DNA from: Leucoraja erinacea
Lineage: Eukaryota
DNA length: 64,000 nt
Direction: 5' to 3'
Assembly (NCBI RefSeq): GCF_028641065.1
Contig: NC_073388.1
Span: 15,128,001 to 15,192,000, forward strand
Of the stretch, positions 50,807-62,664 are shown one piece after another. The translations under genes were made by a program, and so were the position numbers. Within the stretch, counting starts at the first letter, position 1. Every line of letters starts with the position of its first letter. The notes under the pieces were generated by a model. It did no database searches. It was given only the letters and a program-made list of their open reading frames with translations, and was not told where the DNA came from.

Positions 50807-52641
50807 CCACGTCACATGTGCCAGGGTCTTCAGTGATGCACTGAGAAAGGCCTATGCTTGAAGTCCCCATGACAGCTGTAGCAGCTGGCAAAGCACTGTT
50901 AGCCCACTGTCGAATCTCTGAAGAGTTTTAAATGCTGTTCAATGCCCCTGACATTCACTCAACATTATAAAAACATGATTTCAAATAAGCAAATGTTTGA
51001 AATATCTTCTATAATTTTATTCATCATTCAAATGCTGGTTTTATCAAGCAAACTCCATTTATAAAGGAAGATCACATATTGGCAGTACAGAAGCACTGCT
51101 AAAGGAAATATGACCCTCAATGCGACCGTTTCCCTTTCAAGTTCTACCTTATTTATGTAAATTATTCATAGTTATGAATTTACATGGTTACCATGGTGAT
51201 GACAGTTCTCTGTAACCCTCTCTCCTAAACCTAATCAATCCTTATCGACAGTAGAGTTGCAAACATGAATCTGGACATTCAGTATCTGTATCTGCTTTAA
51301 TCCACAGAGGCTTGAAAAGGATTTGCTGCAGAGATGTAGTGTAGTGAAGTCTTGCTTGGGCGTACGGACAGCTCAGTGAGTTAAAGCATTGCCCTGTCAC
51401 AGTTCCAAAAATGTAGAATAGGAATAGGAATACTTTATTGTCACATGTGACTAGGCACAGTGAGATTCTTTGCCTTGCATTCGCAATGTATACAAATAGC
51501 AGACAAAGTTACAAAGCATGCTGGTTCCCCCTCTTGTCCCCCACTCCCCTTCCCCCCTCAACAGTTCCCCCACACTGAATCCCCATTGTCCTTTGTCCCC
51601 TCCCCCCTCTTGTCCATTTCTCTCCCCCCCCCATGCCAGGTCCTCCATTGCTCTTCCTCCTACATAAGAGATGAATCTCTCATTTCACTCTGTTGGTAGC
51701 AAGAACCTAATGTGAAATGTGTCTGTGATGGTCTCAATCCAATTCCTAACTGATAAAGAAAAACATAAGGATGATTGACTTGGCACTCAGCTGTGAGTCA
51801 GCAAAGCTGAAAACACATGAAATGCCCTTTGAAACGTCTTTCCCATTTAAAGATTTTTTTCAGCGCTATGTTCCCATTCCCACGATTCTGAAATTATACC
51901 CAGGTCTTTTTTCGCAGAGTTTCAAATGTGGAATTCTTTATATCCCTACTGGTCTAGTCATGCATTAATTAGTTAGAAATTAAAAAAAAAAATCAAGTCC
52001 ATTCAATCTTTGGGTTATGTTGTACAATGTCTTTCCAAGCTGGCTTCCGAGAAAAAAGATTTTCACATCACAAGCAATCTAGACATGTAATGGCAAAAAA
52101 AAGACACAAAGTGCTGGAGTAACTCAGCGGGTCAGGCAGCATCCCCGGAACGCATGAGTAGATGAAATTTTGGGTGGGGACCCTTTTTATTTGGGATTGG
52201 TATTGGTTTATTATTATCATATGTACCAAGATACAATGAAAAATCTTTTCTCTGCATCGATTTAAATCAATGGCGTGCTATCCATTTAAATCATCCACAC
52301 ATGATTCTAATCAAACCATATATGAACGCAGCAGGTAGTGAAATAAGAGATAACAAATAAATAACAACATAGAATATAGTTTAATTTAACATAGTTTAGA
52401 GATACAGTGTGGAAACAGGCCCACCGAGCCCACACTGACAAGCGATCACCATTAAACTAATTCTACCCTACACTCCGGGGACAATTTATAGAAGTCAGTT
52501 AACCTAAACTGCATATCTTTGGAATGTGGGAAGGAACTAAAGTACCTGGAGAAACCCACACGGTCATAAGGAGAACGTGCAAACTCCGTACAGACAGCAC
52601 CCACAGTCATGATCAAAGTAAGACAGCAACTCTATCTCTGC

Positions 52642-52695
52642 GGGGTGGGAGATTGCAACCTTCACGTGGTCCACCCTGTTTCAACGAATGCAATC
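52642..52695 (+). ncRNA. Minimal HDV/CPEB3-like self-cleaving ribozyme
   Basis: P1 GGGGUGG/CCACCCU with G1-U wobble, P2 GAUUGCA/UGCAAUC, P3 ACC/GGU, L3 UUCACGU, J1/4 GU, vestigial P4, J4/2 CGAA with the putative catalytic C at 52685. Confidence 0.88.
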
Positions 52696-52780
52696 AACCT
52701 GGCGTGCACAAACAGAAGATCAAACAGAACAAGTTGTCTTACAACTTTAGGCTGTGCACGCCATACGCAAGAAGAAGAAG
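52642..52780 (+). mobile_element. 139-bp short retroposon with 5' HDV-like ribozyme, 3' hairpin and (AAG)n tail
   Basis: Imperfect 11-bp TSD TCTATCTCTGC (52631-41) / TCTGTCCCTGC (52781-91); tail AAGAAGAAGAAG; no pol III A/B boxes seen. Confidence 0.85.
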
Positions 52781-53086
52781 TCTGTCCCTGCGCCATTGTG
52801 TCCCCTCTGTGGTGTTATAGCTACAGAGAAAGTGCAAGTTAAGAAAATGCAGGGGCTTCAATGAGGTTAATTGGGAAATCAGGAATACATACTCAGCTTT
52901 TGAGCCGTCCTTTCAAGAGTCTGATGACAACGGGGAAGTAACTGTTCTTCAATCTGGTGGTATTTACTCTCAAGCTTTTATATCTTCTGCCCGACGGGAA
53001 AGGGGAGAAGAGGGAATAACCAGGGTGTGAGTGGTCCTTGATTATGTGGCCCACTTTCCAGGGGCGGATGGAGTAGATGGAGGATC

Positions 53087-53228
53087 NNNNNNNNNNNNNN
53101 NNNNNNNNNNNNNNNNNNNNNNNNNNNNNNNNNNNNNNNNNNNNNNNNNNNNNNNNNNNNNNNNNNNNNNNNNNNNNNNNNNNNNNNNNNNNNNNNNNNN
53201 NNNNNNNNNNNNNNNNNNNNNNNNNNNN
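53087..53228. other. Assembly gap (142 N)
   Basis: Run of N seen directly. Confidence 1.
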
Positions 53229-53922
53229 TTATTTTGGCCCTTCTTTTCTTTCTTTAAAGCTGTGGAAATATACAAGTCACACGGACACTGATGTTCGCCA
53301 AATTGTAGCTGCCTTCCCTGCATGTATTGAAGAAGAAATATTTCCTTTCACACTTCCTCATTCATGGCAGGCCAGTTAATATGCTGTACAATATTACAAA
53401 TCCCATCTCGGAAACAGGTTTCACTCTCTTTAACACCTCAAAATATTAACAGTTTGAAGAAAGGTCCTTGAGTCTATAGTGGAAGGTACATCTTCCAACC
53501 TTTAGAAAAGCAAAAGTCAGCCAGGTGACAACGATGTCAAAAGGACAGGTCATGCTCGATTAACCATGTGGAATTTGATTGGGGAAATAAAAAGCAGTTG
53601 GTTTGGTATTTTAAATATAAAACATTTAGTGATATATACTTCAAATCAAAGATACTAGAGGAGCCAAATTGCACCACTTCCAAAAATAATGGCATATGGG
53701 GATCCTGGAAAATATAACCATGCAGTTGGAGGCAAGAAAACAATATATTTCTTGGAGTGAATAGACGTGGTAAATTGATAAGGGACTATTGTCTTATGAA
53801 TGTTTTGTGTAAAACCCTACTTTGCTTTAGTGAATTGATCAACAATGACCAGAAACTCTGAACATGCATACTGTGTGCACAATGAGTGTATATACTCCAG
53901 ATCAATGCCTTAAGTTGGAGTA

Positions 53923-54094
53923 AGACACAAACTGCTGGAGTAACTCAGCAGGACAGGCAGCATCTCTAGAAGGAAGGAATGGGTGACGTCTCGAAACGTC
54001 ACCCATCCCTTCTATCCAGAGATGCTGCCTGTCCCGCTGAGTTCCTCCAGTATGTTGTGCCTAGCTTTGGTGTAAACCAGTTCCTTCAAACACA
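53923..54094. mobile_element. Fold-back Penelope-derived element
   Basis: TSD TTAAGTTGGAGTA (53910-22, 54095-107); arms centred on GGGTGACGTCTCGAAACGTCACCC. Confidence 0.88.
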
Positions 54095-55061
54095 TTAAGT
54101 TGGAGTAGCCCTGGTTCCAGAGCAGATAATGTAAAAGCTATGACAGATATGTGTCGATGCATTGTCCTATGATTGAATGGAATGTTTATGCAAGCTCTGT
54201 GACAGAGATCTTTCAGAAAAAAATGTAATTTGCTATTAGAGTCAGTCATGGAGTCATACAACACTGAAACAGGCCCTTCGACCCACCATGTCCATGCTGA
54301 CCATTGTACTTATCTATATTGATCCCATTTATCTGCATTTGGCCCATAGCTCTCTCTGCCCTACTGATTCACATGACTGTCAAGACATTTCTGAACTATT
54401 GTGATGCGCCTGCATCCTCAGGCAATGCTTTGCAGATTCCAAACCATACTCTGTCTGAATTTTGATTCCCCTCCCCCCCTCCCTGTGCAATCAGTCTGGA
54501 GAAGGGCCCTGACCTGAAATGTCACGTATGCTCACCATGTTCTCCAGAGATGCTGCCCGACCTTTAGTTACTCCAACACATGATGTCCTTTGTGTAAAAT
54601 GGCAACTGCAGTTCCTTGTTTCTAAATTTTTTTATAGTTTTTGAACCAGTCCCCTGAATCACATTCAGTTTTCTGTTACTGTAGACCAAGCTAATGATCT
54701 TTGATTGATCAATATGCGAGGTTGTGTCATCAGAAGATCTGTCTGCCTTGGGGTGGGGTCAAGATTTATGAATATTGCTGCAAAATTTGTTCCTGATGTT
54801 GCATCATCATCTTTGGCTAGAACGGAGGCATCAAAGCAAATTGCTGATGCGTTTTAATCTCATAAGCAGGTGCAAGGTTAATCAACAGTTTCCTATTTGC
54901 ACTTTTCAAGTCAGTTCTTTCTTCTTTCTTGTAGATCTGCACTTTCAGTCGACTCCCCGCCGACAGCTGCAGAGCATGGTTGCTGACATTTGCATCATTT
55001 TTCCAAGTAACTAGTGAGTAATAGGTGTACACCAAGCATCAACAGCATTACCATTTTATGT

Positions 55062-55600
55062 GTTAGACTCTAGACTTTAGAGATACAGCACAGAAACAGG
55101 TCCTTTGGCCCACTGAGTCTGCGCCAACCAGCGATCACCCCATACACTATCCAATGCTCCAGGGACAATTTATAATTTTATTGAAGCCAATTGACCTACG
55201 AATCTGTACATTTTTGGAATGTGGGAGGAAAGAGGAGCACCTGGAGAAAACCCACACAGTTACGGGGAGAATGTACAAACTGCATACAGACAGCACCCAA
55301 AGTCAGGATTGAACTTGAGTCTGTGACACTGTAATGCCCCTGTCCCACTTAGGAAACCTGAACGGAAACCTCTGGAGACTTTGCGCCCCACCCAAGGTTT
55401 CCGTGCGGTTCCCGGAGGTTGCAGGTGGTTGCCAGAGGTTGCAGTTAACGGAAGCAGGTAGGGAGACTGACAAAAACCTCCGGGGACTTCCGGGAACCGC
55501 ACGGAAACCTTGGGTGGGGCGCAAAGTTTCCACAGGTTTCCGTTCCGGTTTCCTAAGCGGGACAGGGGCATTAAGCAGCAACACTACCATTGTGCCACTG
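55062..55600 (-). mobile_element. HE1/V-SINE split by a MITE
   Basis: Tail and core at 55062-55334; the head resumes at 55572. Confidence 0.85.
55335..55571. mobile_element. PIF/Harbinger-type MITE, nearly palindromic
   Basis: About 80-bp TIRs TGCCCCTGTCCCACTTAGGAAACC.../...GGTTTCCTAAGCGGGACAGGGGCA, inserted at the TAA of the SINE (TAA on both sides). Confidence 0.9.
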
Positions 55601-55649
55601 TGACTCCTATGTTAGACATGGTTAGAAAATAACTGCCTATAGAATTGTT

Positions 55650-56082
55650 TGGTACAGGGCCTCGAGGGTCTGAAATATAGGGAGAGGTTGAGTAGGCTGG
55701 TACTCTATTCCTTGGAGTGCAGGAGGATGAGGGGTGATTTTATAGGGGTGTATAAAATCATAGATCAGGTAGATGCACAGAATCTCTTGCCCAGAGTAGG
55801 GGAATCGAAGACCAGAGGACATAGGTTTAATGTGAAGGGGAAAAGATTTAATAGGAATCTGAGGGGTAATCTTTACACACAAAGGGCAGTGGGTGTATGA
55901 AACGAGCTGCCAGAGAATGCAGTTGAGGCAGGGACTGTACCAACACTTAAGAAACAGTTAGACAGGTACATGGATAGGGCAGGATATGGGCCCAACGCAG
56001 GCAGATGGGACTAGTATAACTGGACCATGTTGGCCGGTGTGGGCAAGCTGGGCCGAAGGGCCTGTTTCCATGCTGCATGACT
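55650..56082 (+). mobile_element. CR1/HER1 3' end
   Basis: YRERLSRLVLYSLECRRMRGD...TRGHRFNVKG, with tail GGGCCGAAGGGCCTGTTTCC. Confidence 0.9.
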
Positions 56083-57009
56083 TCCTTATTTTAGCTATTT
56101 CATGTCTTTGATGCAGGAAGCTAATGTTCCTGTAAAGCCATCAGAGGATGTTTGCTGGAAATCCCCAAGAGAGCCACAACTCTTTGAAGCACAAACATTC
56201 TGCAACTGTAACACCCCTCCCTTGACAAAAAATAATCAATCTAATCATAATAAAAAATAGAAAATATGGAAAATATTGCAGCCTCAATGATGAACCTCAT
56301 GTAGTTATCATTAGTTATTCCTACATTAATGAAACTTAGTATTCATCAATGTAAAATAAGTATCATTAATATAGATGCAGTACAAACTTAAAATGTTTTC
56401 AAATTACAGGTTGTTGCTATTTGAAATGCAGCAGTATAATTCTTGAAATATCTTTTATCATATGCGTGTAATTTAATTCTGATCTAAACACAACCACAAT
56501 CCAGTGGTGATTTATTTTGGCAGAATAGGTATGTTATCCAAAAGCTGCTCCAAGCAGATCCAGGTTTTCAAAGAAAAGGGTCTACCAATGTGAAGCAAAG
56601 ATTATCTCAGGAATGCTGCAGTCCTGTCGTGAACATATTAAAATCTAGTTTTGGCAATCAAGTTACTGCTAGATAGTTAAAGTAAATCACTTGTGAACTA
56701 TGCAAAAAACAGCCTTGGGTTTAAGCCTAACTTCAAAGATTGGATTCTGCCCAGGGGTCACCATAAGAATCTTTAAGAACATGAAAAATAAAGGAGGATT
56801 TTAACTTGGTCCAGTGGCAGAATTAACAAATAAGTTGGAATAGTGTTTAAAGCCCCCACCCCCCCAAAAAAAAATCCGCTAAAGGGCACAAAATGTCACG
56901 GCTGACATTTCAGGGCAGTAGTTAGGGAGATTCCAGTCTAAAGTAGAGACATTTTGTAATGGTGATTGGTTGGGTAAGTGAATGGGATTTCTTTTTTTCT
57001 CTTTTTAGT

Positions 57010-57467
57010 ATTGTTCAGTTTAGTCTGGTTTTGAGATACAGCATGCAAACAGCCCATTCGGCCCACCAAGTCCATGCTGATCATGTCGTAAGGGTGCCAG
57101 GGGTTATGGGACGATGGCAGAAGAATGGGGTTGAGAGGGAAAGATAAATCAGCCATGATTGAATGCCGGAGTAGACACAATGGGCTGCATGGCCTACTTC
57201 TGCTGCTAGAACTTATGAACCTATGAACCAGTGATTACCCATACACTAACACTATCCTACACACAAGGGACAATTTGCAACCTACCAATTAACCTACAAA
57301 TCTGTACCTCTTTGGAATGTGGGAGGAAACTGGAGCGTCTGGGGAATACCCACGCGGTCACAGAGAGAACGTGCAAACTCCGTACAGACGGCACCCGTAG
57401 TCAGAATCGAACCCAGGTCACTGGCGCTGTAAGGCAGCAACTCTACCGCAGCGCCGCTGTGCCGCCC
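57010..57467 (-). mobile_element. HE1/V-SINE with a nested CR1 tail (+, about 57088-57228)
   Basis: Reverse head and core at 57229-57467; tail at 57010-57085. Confidence 0.82.
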
Positions 57468-58431
57468 CTCACACTTGTACACCACACGTGCAAATTCCAA
57501 TGGGAACAGCACTGAAATAATGTGACAGATTTTCAGCAAGTGCAGAGATCCAGTGAATAGAAAGAGAGGAGCAAAGTCTGCATCTCGTGACTGAATGAAA
57601 AACAAACGGTCAATCCCCTGTGCGTAGGAGAGTATAAATCCTCTGAGATTATGAGTTCAGATTCCAGCATAGATCGCCAACCCACAACCTTTTAATCTGG
57701 TGTCAAGAGTAATAGCAAATATACCAAGCTGGCAGAAGTAGCACCATCTAATAGCTGGATAAATATTCCTTTCCGGATTCATTGGCACCGGAATTATCTA
57801 AATAAACACAATCACAATGTTGGCACAGGGTTCGCCACTAAGTGCTTCTAACTGAGACACTCCCTGCTTCATTTCCTTCCTAAACCTCCAATTTTCAGTC
57901 ACAGAGAAGCAATCAGTTTTAGTGCCAGATTATTAAAGTCGAACATGCTTACAGCATTGACTTGAGCCACTCTGAGGAACTGCGTATAGTTTACCGCATA
58001 AATCGAGCTTCCCTTTGTGAATACATTGTACTACCGAGACACCAAATGATCTGTACCGGCATTCAAGAGGTATATGACCTGCAAAGCAGTTTCTGCCCTT
58101 GGTTCTCTCCGATTTCATGCAAGTGGAATGTATTTTTATTATTAGGAACAGAAACATGTTTATGTTATTTGGCTACAGAACATAACATTCTTGGATTTCA
58201 AGTTTCCTTTGTCAGTCAATTATATAAAAAAATACCTCTACTGTAATAAAAAATGAAAGTGTTGCAAATAATCAGTGGGCAGAGCAACAGCTGTGGAGGG
58301 AGAAACAAATATTGTGCTTCCAGCCAGTGACCTTTCTTTAAAATGTTATAGATGTTCGAGCTGTACCAGGTTTTAACTTCATGCACGGGTAGAGCAACTG
58401 TGGGGAAGACACAGGCAGGAAGCTCTATGAA

Positions 58432-58738
58432 AGGGCAGCATGGTGGCGAACCAGTAGAGTTGCTGTCTTTACATTGCCAGGAACCTGGGTTAGATCTTGA
58501 CTACGGGTGCTTTTCTGTAAGGAGTTTGTATGTTCTTCCCGTGACCTGCATGGGTTTTCTCCAAGATCTTCGGTTTCCAAAAATGTACAGGTTTGTAGGT
58601 TAATTGGCTTCGGTATAAATGTAAATTGTCGCTAGTGTGTGCAGGATAGTGTTAGTGTGTGAGGATCGCTGGTCGGTGTGGACTCGGTGGGCCGAAGGGC
58701 CTGTTTCCGTGCTGTATCTCTGAACTTAACTAAACTAA
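58432..58738 (+). mobile_element. HE1/V-SINE
   Basis: Head, core and tail GGGCCGAAGGGCCTGTTTCC...CTAAACTAAA. Confidence 0.88.
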
Positions 58739-58802
58739 AGGGTGGAAGGTGGAAAAGAATAAATGACAAAAGGGGTGAACGTGCAGGGTAAAAGGGAATG
58801 GA

Positions 58803-59505
58803 ATAAATATCCTGATTTTAAATTGTCTGACAACAATCTTAGTGTCTGTAATAAGATAAAATATCTAAGGCTTATTATTACAGAACAAATGACAGATGAT
58901 GAGGATATTTATAAGCAACGACGCATGCTGTATGTACAGGCGAATATCCTCTTGCGTAAATTTGGTGCGTGTGCAGATGTGGTGAAGATGTCGCTATTTA
59001 GAGCATACTGCACACCACTCTACACTGCGCACCTTTGGTCGAACTATTTAAAGACAAGTATGCAGAGGCTAAAGGTGGCATATAACGATGCCATGAGAAC
59101 ACTGCTAAGGCAACCTAGATGGTGTAGTGCCAGTAATATGTTTGTGGCTGCAGGAGTCAGTACTTTAGAAGCTATCCTTAGACACCACATGTATAAATTC
59201 ATTTGCAGGATAAATGACTCCAAAAATGTGCTTATTGTGGCCTTGACAAACATAAGGGTTAGCACTGCACGCTACGAATCCCAGCTGTGGAGACACTGGT
59301 ATCGTTGTCTCGTTGTAGGACATTGATCATCTTTTAATCTGGATTTTTAACTTAAGCATTGTGTTTTTTTTTATTTTTTATATATAAATTATGATGTTTT
59401 TATAAGTGATAGTCTAAGATTTTATATGTATTTTATGATATTTAATATGCAATGCATTTTTAATGTAATGTTGCCCCTTGTCTGGACCTTGAGTCCATAA
59501 TAAAG

Positions 59506-59557
<52 letters not shown>
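58803..59557 (+). mobile_element. 5'-truncated non-LTR retrotransposon, RTE-X-like C-terminus, with (ATT)n tail
   Basis: KIKYL..IITEQMTDDEDI..QRRMLYVQANILLRKFGAC..VKMSLFRAYCTPLY..LW is open to the stop at 59326; AATAAA and about 16 ATT units follow. Clade assignment is from memory. Confidence 0.7.
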
Positions 59558-59558
<1 letters not shown>

Positions 59559-60599
59559 TGTTCATTCACCTGTAGGGGTAGAATCTGACCAAATACAAGC
59601 AAGGATTAGGCACAATCCTTACACCAGCAGGAGCTGCAACCTTCTTATTGCCAACTGAGTGATGCCCTAATGGGGATGGAAGTCAAACAGTGCTCTACAG
59701 TTAACATGCAACAAGTACTGCAATTAAATTGGCAGGGATCAGTTCATGGGCATTACCCCAGTAGGGATTTGACATTCTAGCAAGAACAAACTATGCTTTG
59801 CTTAAATTTGACACCACCAAATTATTATATTTTATGCTCAGTACTTTTGCACAAAGGTGTAAAAATATGTGTCAGCTCACACATGGGAAATACATAACTT
59901 GATTAACTTACATCAGCTAGCAAGGATCATAGAGTGTGAGAGTCATACAGCACAGAAACAGGCCCTTTGGCCCAACTCATCCATGCTGACCAAGGTGCTC
60001 CATCTAAACTAATCCCATTTCCCACTTTGACCCATATCCCTCTAAACCCTTCTTAACCATGCACCTGTCCAAGTGTGTTTTGACTGCTATTATAGTACCT
60101 GCCTGCTATGGCAGCTTGTTCCATACACCCATCACCATCTGAGTGAACATTATGGAAGAGTTGATTCTTCCTTCATTCAGTGATAGCAGGCTCTTCATGT
60201 TCAATGTTATTTAGTGAAAGCAGCAGCAGATAACCTCTACACCTTCTACAAGGATAAAACTTATGGCCCAAAAGGCCAATGCTAAAGGATTAATTTCCTT
60301 TAAATAATATTAAAAATAAAATGAAATGGAAAATGCATACATTTGATCCCGCACACATAGAGATTCATCACACTGTTCAGGTTTTGAGTTATGTGCCTCC
60401 GTTATCCAAAATGTAAAGATGACATTTATTAGCTTTCAATTCATGATCCTTAATGAATTTTACACTACTAAAAATGTGGCATGAAAATAAGTAATTTTCA
60501 CTCTGTGATAAGATAGCTGATTTAACTAGAGCAAAATTTGGGGGAGAAAAGTTAGTCAAGATTTCTTTTACTAGAAAGACCACGACTCATCTTTGCTAT

Positions 60600-61750
60600 G
60601 TTGTACTTCTTCTCTTTTATTTTTATAATGTCCCTGACTTCCCTTGTCAGCCACGGTCGCCCCTATCTCCCCTTGGAATCTTACTTCCTCTTTGGAATGA
60701 ACTGATCCTGAACCTTCTGTATTATTCCCAGAAATACCTGCCATTGTTGTTCAACTGTCATCCCTGCGAGGGTATCTTTCCAGTCAACTTTGGCCAGAGT
60801 CTCTGACCCAGAGTAGGGGAATTGAGAACCAGAGGACATAGGTTCAAGGTGAAGGGGAATACATTTGATAGGAATCGGAGGGGTAACTTTTTCACACATA
60901 GAGTGGTGGGTGTATGGAACAAGCTGTCAGTTGAGGTAGTTGGGGCTGGGACTATCCTAATGTTTAAGAAACAGTACATGGATAGGACAGGATATGGACC
61001 AAGCGCAGGTAGGTGGGATTAGTGTAGCTGGGACATAGAATAGAATAGATAGAATAGAATAGAATTACCTTTATTGTCATTCAGACCTTATGGTCTGAAC
61101 GAAATTTCGTGCCTGCAGTCATACATACAATAATACAATAATAAACAACAACAAACACTAATTAACATCCACCACAGTGAGTCCTCCAAACACCTCCTCA
61201 CTGTGGTGGAGGCAAAAATCTTAGGGCTGCAGTCTCTTCCCTCCTCTTCTCCCTCTGAGCTGAGGCGATACCCCACCGGGCGATGGTACAACCAGTCCCG
61301 CGGCTCACCGAACCCCGCAAACGGGCCGGCTCAAACACCGCGGCCCGGGGTGGTCGAAGCTGCCGCCCTCCAGTCCAGCGGACGCAGCAGCCGGCCCGTG
61401 GCTGAACCCCGGACTCAGGTCACCGCCCCCAGAACGCCGTCCCAGCCACCGGAGCACCGTTCCAGCCCCTAGCCGGATCGCTCTCACGTGAGTGCCGTTC
61501 CTCCCTCGAGCTGGGCCGCTCCGACGGGAGCGCCGTTCCACCCTCGGGCTGGGCCGCCCCGACGGGAGTGCCACAGCCCCTCACGGGAGAGTCTCAGCCC
61601 TGCGCCAGGCCGCCCTCACGGGAGCATCACAGCCCCTCACGGGAGCGCCGTTCCAGCCCCGAGCCGGACCGCCCTCACGGGAGCGAGCCCACATGTTGGC
61701 CACTGTGGGCAAGTTTGGCTGAAGGACCTATTTCCACACTGTATGACTTT
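60600..61750. mobile_element. CR1 fragments (- 60600-60800; + 60805-61036 and 61691-61750)
   Basis: LAKVDWKDTL..EQQWQVF on minus; TRGHRFKVKG..FFTHRVVGVWNKL on plus. Confidence 0.8.
61037..61690 (-). mobile_element. GC-rich non-coding retroelement with internal minisatellite (copy 2)
   Basis: (ATTCT)n tail, GACAATAAA, hairpin TTCAGACC-TTAT-GGTCTGAA; ACAT on both flanks within a CR1 tail. Confidence 0.82.
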
Positions 61751-62223
61751 AAAACTCTTTATTTAAGATCTTGCATTAAGAAATATGTAAAGTTACCCGA
61801 CGGCTATCACTCATGAGAGAGGGAGACAAAGCTGAAAAAGTAAAGACATTACCTTTCCCTGTCAGCCCTCTGATGAGAACTAACCTTCCATTCAAGGTAA
61901 TGAAACTATGGAAACCTGTTGAACATTATTTGAGCATTATTGATAATAGAGCTTCTATTTCACCATGGTTTTAGATTAAAATTCTTTGAAAAAGCTTTGT
62001 GTAGAGAATCAAATGAATTGCAAGTTAGATTCACCAGCTCCCCTCGCTCCTCACCACCTCCTCCCCCTAACAAAAAACCTCCGCATCCAATAATTAAACA
62101 AGTCATGTGTGCCATTCTTATGGGTCAGTGACGCTATTCGACTCATTTTATTGTCTCTTATCTATTTGACCCAATTAATAATTAAAGTAGATTTTCAAAT
62201 ACAAAGTAAAAGGAAATGATAGT

Positions 62224-62302
62224 ATGTGTGTATGTGTGTGTGCTTGTGTGTGCGTGTGTGTGTGCGTGTGTGTCTATTTGTCTGTGTCTGTGTCTGTGTG
62301 CA
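62224..62302. repeat. Imperfect (TG)n microsatellite
   Basis: Seen directly. Confidence 0.9.
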
Positions 62303-62664
62303 TGTAAATTGGTCCATTTGTTTTAATGTGTTGAGGGTGTTTGGAGATGTGGCAGATGGGTGTTTCATAAAGGCAGGATTTAGAACTATTTCATGTAAAT
62401 TGCAACCCAGAAGCAAGGCATTAAAACCAACCACCATGTTGGCATTTATCATTTGCATGAACAGTAGATCTAATCCTATGTGTCTAATCCTATTCCATTA
62501 TTCATTTACTCATGCTTCCTTTAAATATCTATCTAAACTATAATTAATTCTTAAACTAGCTCTGATTCAACCACTAAGGCATGTTGTACATTCCAAAGCC
62601 CTACAATCCCATGAGCACTGATGTCTTCCTTGCTCTCTATTCCCACTTCTATCCTCTGGTTGTA

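Larger units (their letters stand above)
52390..52803 (-). mobile_element. HE1/V-SINE, host of the ribozyme-headed insertion
   Basis: Tail and core at 52390-52615. The head CAGCAACTCTA..CTGC|GCCATTGTGTCC is split at 52641/52781. Confidence 0.8.

Noticed and set aside
53031-53379. ORFs spanning 53031-53379
   Set aside because: Artefacts of translating through the N gap.
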